Assembly (NCBI RefSeq): GCF_963676685.1
Contig: NC_092357.1
Location: forward strand, 7,378,001 to 7,442,000
From: Mytilus edulis
Taxonomy: Eukaryota
Direction: 5' to 3'
DNA: 64,000 bases
The notes under the pieces: model-generated
What the model was told of the DNA's origin: nothing
Databases searched by the model: none
Seen by the model: the letters and a program-made list of their open reading frames with translations, nothing else
Made by a program: the position numbers and the translations under genes
Shown: positions 26,001 through 38,000 of the stretch, one piece after another
How the letters are laid out: each line of letters begins with the position of its first letter
Numbering within the stretch: position 1 is the stretch's first letter

Positions 26001-29000
26001 TTGAATTTTTACTTGATAACATTTTTGTTCGCTTTGGAGATTCCGTATATCGTCAAGTTATTGGAATTCCAATGGGGACTAACTGTGCACCACTTATTGC
26101 GGACCTGTTTTTGTATTGTTATGAGTTACAATTTATGACTAAAATTAGCAAAGACCCATCAAAACAACATTTGATACAAAAATTTAACAATACTTTTAGA
26201 TATTTGGATGATATATTGGCTCTAAATAATGACGACTTCAGTATGTATACTAAAGAAATTTATCCTGTAGAACTTACTTTAAATAAAGCTAATGATAACA
26301 ATGACCACTGCCCTTTCCTCGATCTTGATATCTATATCATAAACGGGAAGCTTAATACAAAAATTTATGATAAAAGAGATGATTTTTCATTTCCTATTGT
26401 TAATTATCCATTTTTAGATGGTGACGTTCCCTTGTCACCATCTTATGGTGTTTATATATCTCAACTTGTACGATTCGCTCGTGTATGTAACAATGTATTA
26501 GATTTTAGCGAGAGAAATTTATGTATTACTGAAAAATTATTACACCAGGGTTTTCGATATCACAAACTGGTCAAAACATTTACTAAATTTTATCACCGGT
26601 ATAAGGAAATAATTCGTAAATATAACTCAACATGCAGACATCTTATACGTTCAGGTATTTCACATCCAAAATTTTATGGAAATATTCTTTATAAAGCACA
26701 AAAATGTCAGTATTCTCCTCAGAAACTAACAAAACCTTTAAATAGACTTATTAAAAGTGGATATAGTTACGATACTGTTGTCAGGTCATTAAAGATTGCA
26801 TATTTTGGCTTTAACATTGATTCACTGATAGGGTCTTTGCATCGGAACTAAACACATTTATTTCTAAAAAAACAGTTGTTGGCATGACACGGGTTATGTT
26901 CTTCTCATATATTTTATGATAGTATGATACTAAACCCCTAACGGGAGGGATTGTACCTGATATTCATATGATGAAGACATAATCTTTCAATCAGTTTAAT
27001 TGAGGTCTGGAGCTGGCATGTCAGTTAACTGCTAGTAGTCTGTTGTTATTTATGTATTATTGTCATTTTATTTATTTTCTTTTGTTACATCTTTTGACAT
27101 CAGACTCGGACTTCTCTTGAACTGAATTTTAATGTGCGTATTGTTATTCTTTTACTTTTCTACATTGGCTAGAGGTATAGGGGGAGGGTTGAGATCTCAT
27201 AAACATGTTTAACCCCGCCGCAATTTTGCGCCTGTCCCAAGTCAGGAGCCTCTGGCCTTTGTTAGTCTTGTATGATTTTAAATTTTAGTTTCTTGTGTAT
27301 AATTCGGAGTTTAGTATGACGTCCATTATCACTGTACTTTTATGCATATTTTAGGGGCCAGCTGAAGGACACCTACGGGTGCGGGAATTCTCGCTACATT
27401 GAAGACCCATTGGTTGCCTTCGGCTGTTGTTTGCTCTATGGTCGGGTGGTTGTCGCTTTGACATATTCACCATTTCCTTTCTCAATTTTATAGTGAGCAG
27501 TGGTCGTTACATACAAACGTTCACCTAAATTGTCCCAGTCAATGGATGAATTTAATGTGTCAATCAATGGCCACAGCCACACTGTTTTGAATTTCATTCT
27601 AATCCAAAGGAATTCGATTGACTTGCCAGTTCGATTTATAAACAATTAGCATAAGTACATTGTAATCACTAATATATGCAAACTTTGAGTTTTGCTCTTC
27701 GGTAAAGTCTTATCAAGTTATTCTTTCCCTACTAAGTCAACAAGAATAAGGATCTTGAATGATCTTGAATTACAGTTGGTTTACGTTTGAATTGTTCTGT
27801 TTATATAACTTGTAACATTCTTTAATTTAATGTAAGGACAATTAAAATTTGAACTTTGAACTTTATTACACAATAAATTTAGAAAGCTTTCATGTACATT
27901 GAAAACTAAAGAGTTAACCCGCAAGATATTCTTTAATAGGGATACCTACATGTACATTTTGTAGTAGGGTATACAGACGATATTTAAAAGTCTCACCTCT
28001 TACAAAACATTGACAAATTATACATGTATGTTCACGCCACTATCATTAGTGTCAAGCGAACGGCTTATTGGAGTAGATTTATGTTTTGATAATTTTTAAG
28101 TAATATAATTATAGACATAATATAGGTTTTACAGAAAATTAGCAATCAGTAAATTATTCAGATTACGTAAACTTACATGTATACAAAATTTATAAGGTGT
28201 TAATTATATATTATATAGCTTTTACATAAATTCCCTCTAACAATAGTATATATAACTATAATGTATGATTTAAACATAAAACAAATGCCAATGAAACCTC
28301 ATTCAAATAAATGCAGCTTCAAGAAAAAAATCTATTAACTCTCCCAAAGAATTTCAAAATGAGTTTTATACTACACTGAAGCCAAAATAACTGATAAATC
28401 TTAGTTCAGAATAAATTGTTTGGGGCACACCGAAAAATGAGATTTCTTCTCTACAAAAATAAGAATAGAATTAAATATTACGTTCAGCAATTACAGGTAT
28501 AAAAAGAAAATAGAAAACTTTTTTTTTTTCTCAGACTGTTTATGACTTCTTCATACTAAATCCGTTGGATTTTGACTGATTGATACATTAGTCGAAGAGA
28601 ACATGATTTATATATTAGTTGAAATTTACTCTGAATTGTAATTACATTTTGACGTACCGGGACCTGTTATAGTAAAACAGGCGAAATGAGTTTTGCTCAT
28701 TGTTGAAGGCCTATAGTAACATATAGTTGTTTGCATCAATGTCATTTACCCTTCCGGAGCACCTAATTTCACTCCCGATTTTTAGTGGAGTTCGCATTGT
28801 TTCTTATTTCTTATTTATAACTATTGATGTAAATGTCCTCTGGTTTTATGCGTGTTTGTGTACTCCCTGGTTTTGATTGTTATTGTCTTGGTAAGTTGTC
28901 TATTTAATCTATTATTTTGTACTATTGTTTAGGAACTACGAGTTCTCTTAGACCGGTCCTTTGTATCATGCGTCTTTCTGTTAGATGTGTTTATGCTTCG

Positions 29001-32000
29001 TGTCAATCTGATAAGTCAACTTGAGCCTTTAGTAACTGATTCCGTACAAAATTGCCCTATGATGTGCCTATAATATGCTGTTAAACCCAGGTCAGAAGAG
29101 GATTGAGCGATCGCAAGCATGTTTACTAAGCTTCATTCTTTATGCGCACGTCCCAAGTCAAGAGCCTATAACTCAAGAATTGGCGTAGATAGATGCCTTT
29201 CATGTCCCCCCCCCCCCCATTTGTTTGGTAGTTTTATTATAAATCAGACCGTTAGGTTTATTGTTTGAAATTTTTTTTTTTTAATATAGCGGTTTTTTTT
29301 TTATAGTGAACTCGGGGGATCGTCGAAGGCTATACGGTGACCTATAGCTATAGCTTCTTATATACATGTTATTTGGACTCTGGTGGTTAGCTGTATCATT
29401 AGACTCATACCACATCTTTTTATTTAATTTACATCAAACATGCATTCCAAGATTTATTTAACTGCCTGTGCATTTTTCTAAATTTAGACCTGTTACATAG
29501 TTTACGCTGAGACTTCTATAGCACTTAGTGTGTTATATTAATCTCAGGTTTACGTTACTAAAATCATTTTTGCGGAAATTTTATTTAAGAGGTGGCCCAT
29601 TTCACTCTGATTGGTACAGGAGATAGATACGTTTTTGATACCAGCGGGCCAAAAAAAATATTTGTTTTTCTCTTCTTTCCTGTAAATGTGCTTATCTGCC
29701 CTTACACATTTTAGGGACATTAATGGTTAATCACCGTCAAAGTCCAAATACTTTTTGTTTAGTAGTGATTTACTTGAAAAAAAATCACAAATTAATGCTA
29801 CTATCTAAGTGTGTACGTTTTCATTAAAATATTTAACATACCTTCCTATGCCAAGAGGCAGAATATTTTTTATTTAGTCTAAACATTATTTTAAAATTTC
29901 ACAATACAGATAACGATCTTTTTAACAAAAAAAATGTGATAAAATCAATAAAATTCCAGGTTTATTGACACATTGTCTAATTCTATATACATGTATGTCC
30001 ATTGACAAGTACATGTATACATAGCCGTTTAGTCACGCTGGCGTAGCAGGATATGTTTGTATTCCAACAAATAAGAAATTAGTATTTGTAATGTAGTACA
30101 TGATTTAAACTTCTATGACATACAAACTATGAAATAATGTTTACGCAATAGAGTGATACGTATAATATAACATTAAAAGGATTGATAATACATGTTGATA
30201 TTGCTATTATGACAAAACTTGAATGGATCACGAATCGACTACACATTTAACAAAATAGTTGAGGTCATTTATTGACTGTCTTAAAAATCGTGACCATGTA
30301 CGGATTAAGGTAGTCATTGTGGTACTTTCGTAATTAAAAACCTTCTCAATGAAATAGTTTAAAGATTAGAAAATATATGTGTCAGACTATTTATTGGCAT
30401 GAATGGTCTTAAAACTAAACAGTTTGCACAGGTATATGAAAATGTGACGAGGTCAAACTATAGTTATTGATATTTCAATCAGTCTGTGAGCGGCGGCATG
30501 ACAGGGGAGTAGTGGGGATAGAGTGTGCACACTGCTCCATCAATTATTGAAATTTTTGATCAAAATTATACTATTCACCAATCCCTCGTACCCTGGTTCC
30601 GCCGCTCCTGTAGAATCGCCCATTTTAATCTAAATCGACACAATAACCAATGACACGCAGACGATCGTTGAAAAAAAACCCGAAAACAATTCAGAAAAAT
30701 AACATTAAGCTTTACTTAAGACAACAAAAAGTAGGAACAACCAAAACCATAAGATATGTCTGCCTTTACCTGCCGAAGCACCTGAGATCTTCCCAGTTTT
30801 TGATGGGGTTCGTGTTGATTAGTCTTTAGTTTTCCATGTTGTGTCTTGTGTACTATTGTTTGTCAGTTTGTGGGTTTGTCTTTTCTTTTTAGCCATAGCG
30901 TTGTCAGTTTATATTCTAGCTAAATAAAATAAATAAATAAATAATCTTTATTTCAAGAGGATGATCCCATTAGTTAAAACTAATCTTCCTGAGAGCCCTC
31001 AAAATAATAATAACATATTTATAAGTACATATAGTATTATAAAGTTATATTATACACAATATACAATCGTATTTAAATAATAATGAAAAAGCATATTAAT
31101 TTGCACAATTGATGAAAAATTTGTAACATTTTGTTTTAAAAGATACAAGTGTATTACTCATTTTTATTTCATTTGGTAAACTGTTCCATATTTGAGAACC
31201 TGAATATGTAAATGTTTTCTTTAAAAAATTTGTTTTTGGTTTTGGAAGATTTAATAGTTTTTCATCAGCTGAACGTAAGTTATAATTTTGATTATCAGTA
31301 AAATGAAAATTTTCTTGTAAATAGCTATAGTTAGGAACCATACCATTTAATGATTTAAATACAAGTATTGCCTTTTGGTATTGAATGCGTTTTTCCACAT
31401 TTAACCAGCGTAAACTATTAAACAATAAACTGGATGATGTCATTATGTCATCTTCTACTATAACCCTAGCAGATTTCTTAAATAACTTATTAAGTTTATT
31501 TATTCCACTTTCACAACAGCTTCCCCATATATTGCAACAATAATCAAATAATGGCAGAATATAAGCATTAAAATAGATAATATGTATATGCATAGGTAAA
31601 TATTTTCTTATCTTTTGTAATAAATTGATTCTGTTTGATATAGTACATGACATTTTATCTATCTGCTGATTCCAATTTAGGTTTTTGTCAATATATAAAC
31701 CAAGAAGTTTTTCACAATCTACATTTTCTATTTGTTCATTTGAAATATTGATATCTAACTGTTTCCAGTTGAACAAAGTCTTTTTTTTTAACCAACAATC
31801 ATTGATTTACATTTTTTGGCATTTAATTTCATACAATTTCATAGCTATGAGTTTGAATATTCCTCTGGTATCTTTCGCCCCTTTTTAAATGTCCATATTT
31901 ACAGAAAGCCAGCCCAAAGTACAAATAATAGATTTCAATTAAACGGCAACATTTACACAACAACGTTTCTTTTTTTATATTTCTATTATTTATATATCAT

Positions 32001-35000
32001 TTATAACCTGACAGTGTTATTTATTCAACCTCAGTACGTAGTGTTCTGCCGAGAGAAAGACACCGACAGAACATTTATAGTTTGAATTCATTTGTTTAAC
32101 TTGTTTTTTTTTCTTTTTCCTTTGTCTGTATTTGACGATCACGTTATATTGGTAAATGTTTATATTTGGTAAGAACAGCGTCAAAAAAAGAAAAGCAACA
32201 CAACAAGATTTCGAGGAGAACTTGTTGTGTGCTTTATATCAATTAGATGAGTTAGACCTTCATTACAGGTATATAATTACAGTTTATATTGATGTTGAGT
32301 TGTACCGTGTACCCGGTTCGGACGGGATGAGTTTTAGTTCTCTTATATTTTGATACGTTTCCCTCAGTTTTAGTTTGTAACACGGATTTGTTTTTTCTCT
32401 ATCGATTCATGAATTTTGAACAGCGGTATACTACTGTTGCCAGGGTTTCCCCTGGCTCAATTATTTTTTTCGCCAACTCTTTCGCCAAAACAATTTTTTT
32501 TTCGCCACTTTATTTTTTTTTCGCCAAGTAACATAACTATATTTTTCGTTTAAATTTTACCTTTTTTCTACCCCCGCCCTCCCTTAAATCAGATGATTTT
32601 GCCCCATTGTGTCTATGATTATTCTCTCAAACTATTTTTGAGTCTACATTTTAATGAATAAACACTAAACATTTACTTTAAAACAACAGAATTTTTTAAA
32701 AAGAAAAACAACTCGTGATGGCGTCCGAGATGTGTTATATATATTAATATTCGGTCAACAGGAAGATGAAGAGTGATGAATTTTTAAACATGTCACTCAG
32801 AACTTGCTTCCAAATTCAAGGACGATCTGATTTGTAGTTCATTACAACGAAAATTTAATGTGCCGGACTGACAGGAGTAAGTTAGTATACATCTTCTTTT
32901 GGAGCAGGGATCTATGATTCAATTTAAACAACTGTTTTTTTATTTAAATTTGTCAGTGTCTAATTCTCAGATAGTAGATACATGATACTGCTGGGCATTG
33001 TGTGGTAATAACCGATTATTTTTGTTTGTTTATGAATTTTTCCTTATTTATCTGCTGCATCATTTGTTCATGTTACCTAAAAACATTGACTGATTTTTTT
33101 TTGGTGCTTAACGCCACTTTCAACACTATTGTTCTTTTTCGGGTGGTCAGCTTTAACCGGTTGGGAAAGCCGAAGTGCCCGGTGAAAATTACCGACCTTC
33201 TGTAGAAAAATTGCGTTTGGAATCGAACACCCCTGTCACGCGCCGAATTCGAACTCACAATTTCAATGTTGACAGGCTAGTGACACAATACCTCGACTAC
33301 TTAAACTACTCAGCCATCTAAACCCCTCTGTAAACATTGGGTTAACGATCTAAGAAAACAACTCAGCGGATATACGTCTTATTCAGTTGATTGACTTGAA
33401 TATTTGCATACTATTATTTAAATACGCCGATGACAACAAACCATTTAAATACTGCCTGCTGAACAGTAACATTGTAATATTATAATATTATAATTTGTTT
33501 TGAACTTATCTAGTTCACATTCTGGACTGTTTTTCTACCGGTCTATGTGAACGTCAGTCCCACCCTTATTTACATAAGGAATTTAAGTACATATGTATCT
33601 AATTCTTAGAATTTTGTGCGTAAAACCAAGTTAATGACCTTCAACAGAAGCCCTTTGTAAGGAAAACCGCCTTCGTCATTCAGGTCTGTTATATTTTTTT
33701 TTTTTTTTTTTTTAAACAAAATGACCCCAAACGGTCGATAAAACGTCAGCTACTGAACCATGAATAAACACGCACTAATATTAATAATAAATAAACGCAG
33801 GACACCATGACATCCATCCTCTTCCTGAATCAATATTTTATCTGTATTTAATGTGTGACTATTAGTATAATGTTATTTTAGTAGAAGTATGTGGAAAAAT
33901 ATAAACATCTCCTTCACCCGGGTTTATAATTCAGTTGCCTGTCCAAAGACAAGAGCTTGTTATAATCCAGATGTATTCATCGATTGCTGAGTGTTCAATA
34001 ATTTGTTTTCGTTAATTGCTGTGGTTGACATCAGGGTGGTAGATATTTAAATTGTTTCGTATTAATTTGAAATTCCGATTACGTTACCGCGTAGATCTGC
34101 TCATTCTTGAAGGCAGTAAAGCATAGAAATTTGCAAAAGACACAATAGTAATAACGAACGATACCAGGGATCTTTAACTAAAGCAAAGCAATTTTTAAAG
34201 AACTAAGTAGTAATGCTAGCGAGTTTGAACTTTATGTTTAACTAGCTGAACTTTAACTAATGTTGTCTAGTGATACCCCTGCTTTTAAGTATTCGGTAAG
34301 CCCAGTTGATAAGAGGTAAAATTAAAAATGTGGCACATGTATAATACATAGACAACATAGACTACATAGACAACAAGACCTGTGGCACATGTACTATATG
34401 AAGTTCGACTACTTAGTCCACTCACCCATCGAGGCCATTCTGTAAACACTGGGGTTAACAATCTCAGAAAACAGCTCAGCATATATACTTCTTATTGAAC
34501 TGCTTGACTTTAATATTTGCATACCTATTATCCAAACAAGCCAATGGCAACAAAACATCAGAATACTGCCTGCTGAACAGGAACTTAAAAGTAACATATT
34601 GTAACATTGTTTTATTATAATTTGTTTTGAACTTATTTGATTTGTATTCTGGGATGTTTTTTTCTACCGATTTCTGTGACCGTCAGGGCCACCCTTATTC
34701 ACATAATACATATAAGTACAAATGTATCTAATTCGTTGAAGTTAGTGCGTTAATTCAGGTAAATAACCTTCGGCAGAAGCTCTTTAGAGGAAAAACATTA
34801 ACCGTCTCAATCACACGAAGCTATCTCATTTGAAATAAACAATTAATGATAATAATAGTCATAAAGTACCCGGCCGAAAAAGATACTATACGATTATTAT
34901 GTCTCAATTTCATTTGATTACATTTTATTCATTCTTAGTAAATTCATTTTTCTTGTTATATTTTTTTTTATTATTATTATTAATAATATTGGGCGTATAC

Positions 35001-38000
35001 CGTAAACAGTCTTTCTAACAAAAAGTCATTTTATTTTATTTTCTTTGATTTTTTGTGCGAAAAAGATCGTGATGACACAAAAACAGTCCAAGGTCGACAA
35101 ACGTCACATAGTGAAGCAAGGATAATCACGTACTTGTTTATATAATGATAAATAAACTCAAAACAGCATGACTGCCATCATCTTTCTAAATCAAAGTTTA
35201 ATCTGAATTTAATGTACTATTATCGTACATAAAGACAGCAGTAGTATACCGCTGTTCAAAACTCATAAATATATTAAGAGAAAACAAATCCGGGTTACAA
35301 ACTAAAACCCTGGGAAAACGCATCAAATATAAGGGAAAAATCAACGAAACAACAGACACACTGAAGTGAAACAAAAAACAAACGACAATGCAAAACACAA
35401 ACATAAAACGAACCTGGTACAATTGTTTCATCATTTGATTAGAGATTTTCCGTTTTGAATTATCCTCGGAGTTCAGCATTTTTTGGATTTTACTTTTTAT
35501 AGTATCTTCTTTATTTATTGTGAGCAACTTACATATACGTTTGGGAATGGTAGAGCTATCAAATTTGATTTTCTAATAAAGATAAAGATTTCTGATTTCA
35601 TTATACTCGTAGAATATATACGAGTACTCAAGTTGTTATAGGTCTGAATTTTGATCAGATTGTAAATTGGGCAATTGTTGTGCGATCAAAATTAGAGGAT
35701 AGAACTTCATTAGTTTTTTTCCCAAGTTCGTTTATAAAGTCATTTGCGTGTGACTGTATAGGCCATTGACAATGATAATTGAATATTTTATTGTAAATTG
35801 CATGGATGTTTTTCATATGACTTTGGATATTGTCATAAATCATCCGTCACATTAATTACCATATACCAGGAAGTAAACATAACACATTAAAAGCGTGTAA
35901 ATGTAAAATCAATGATATTTTATGCGACTGTCATACAAGTGAGAGTTTAGCTAGCTACATGTATAAAACAAGGTGTAATCCACCACTTTCTACATGAGAA
36001 CATGCGTTTTACGAGTCAGGAGTATGACTGTTGTTATCCATAAATTTGATCTGTTAGAGCTTTTGATTTTGCCATTTGATTAGGGAATTTTAATTTTTCT
36101 TCGGAGTTTGACATTTTTGTTATTTTACTTTTCACTACATCCATATCTTTATAACTACGCATTGACTTGCTGTTTTTATTAACAAAACTATCATCCGAAG
36201 TTTATTACTAGACATTCAAGACTTTGCCCATTCTCATTCCATCTCAAACCATAATGATTTTCAATATGATAATTCTATTATTCATTTTGAAACAAACCAG
36301 TCACTGAGACCAAAGGGTTGAAGTCTGAAGTTACATTCCATTTCAGAGAAATTAGTTTGAATAGTAACAATTATACAGCCCTCTTTTACGACCACATGTA
36401 ATTTTAAACCAATTTCTTTTTTTATTTTACTTAAAGGAACAATTTTGCAATTACAGAACTATATAGAAAACAAAAGAACAGCTAAGAAATGGGAGGTGAT
36501 ATTCATATGAAAAAAGTTAGTTCTGTATCAAACTGTATCTTTGATGGGGTAATAATAGACGAGTGGTTTTAATATACCACTAGCATGTCACCACTGCTTG
36601 TGGGTTCGGGTCCTACACGAGGCAGGTGCATTCGACTTCTTTCTTAAATTGCTTTGATTGTTTTCCTACCGAAGGTCGGTGGTTCTCCCCGGTACTCTTG
36701 TGTCCTCCACCAATAAAATTAGTCACCATGAAATAATCAGCAATTCTGAAAGTGACGTAAAATACCAATCAGTTAAATAATCATTGTATCTAATTGCTAT
36801 TTTTTATCTTTGTAGAATACATAAACATATACATAACAGAGGGAGGAAGAACTAAACGATCTACAGACGACACATACCATCCAGAAACATACAACCTTGA
36901 TCTGCCATTGTCAAAGTCGCATCTTAATTTACATTTGACCCGGAATGACAACATTAGAACGTCAGTACCGACACTTAGCCTTAAAGGCCACTCGGTGACA
37001 TATACCAACTTAGAAGACAAAATTGTACGTAAAGATTTGGTTTTTTTTTATTGTACCGTTTCTGTCCTTTTTTCGCCCACTTTATTAACAATTTTGAAAA
37101 GCACATTTTTAATTTTTACAGATATTGTTGTAGTATTTACATTTAAATCAATTTGATAATAGATTTAAGCAAACGATATTTAACGTTAAAATTCATATGT
37201 TTTTAAAGATTTGTTCAAGAAATTATTGAATAGACCTCAAATAAACCAAAATAACTTTGATGTTTTGTTGTACATTTGTACTTTTCTTACATTGTATTAA
37301 AAGAAACAAACAGAAAAATGCAACGATGTAATAAATAAAAAAAGGGGGGACGTGAGAAATCATAAACACTTGTAAATTTTCGAAAGGAAATCAAATTCAA
37401 GTGTGCAATATGGACTTCCTCAACTTCGATTCGGTCAGTAAATTCATTGTGGATTATCTCCATATTAGGCAATGTTAAAAAGTAAGAAAATTGTTTAAGG
37501 TGGGATAAGACACCACGAGTTAATCAGACGTGAATTAAGCTTTGATGCTACATTTTCCTTTTTGCATTTGCCTTTATCTGTGTTAGGAAATTATCGGAAA
37601 AAGAAAATCCTCACAAATGGTCGTCATTAATGAGGTTGATTAAATGCAAGAAATTATTTGAAAAGCCCTTTTATCTTATAGTCATTAAACTCTCTTTGTT
37701 TTTAATTTTTGAAAAATGTTCCATTTGATGTAGCCTACAAATCCTCCAATTTGTTTCTTGTGATGAGGCGAGCAATCAGGCATTTTTTAAAAATTTTAAA
37801 TCTTTCACTCTGTTTTTAACTGATTGCAGGAATCCATTTTTTACCAAGATGTAGCGCATGGTGCAGTGTTTGTATATCAATATGACAAATTCAAAGAAAC
37901 GCATATGGTAAGGAATGGGTTGTTTTTTTATTTATGACTATAGAAATCAATATCTATCATGCAGCACCAACAATCTAATACGCATGTTAAAGATGTGCAA

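Larger units (their letters stand above)
25493..27490 (+). mobile_element. 5'-truncated Penelope-like retroelement (probably Naiad clade: RT with no C-terminal endonuclease)
   Basis: RT ORF followed by a 3' UTR of about 640 bp whose end recurs many times in the window. Inserted in a MITE with no target duplication. Confidence 0.85.
23908..27601. mobile_element. Palindromic (foldback) MITE split by two nested insertions; its own sequence is 23908-24039, 25320-25492 and 27493-27601
   Basis: 'tagaatgaaattcaaaacagtgtggct...gtaacgaccactgttcac' is mirrored at 27493-27601, and 'agacatttaaactgtga...ccaaagg' is mirrored at 25464-25492. Confidence 0.85.

Noticed and set aside
33240-33325. tRNA gene candidates (also 36550-36625)
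   Set aside because: A/B-box-like motifs are present but there is no cloverleaf, and they are followed by a SINE core and tail.
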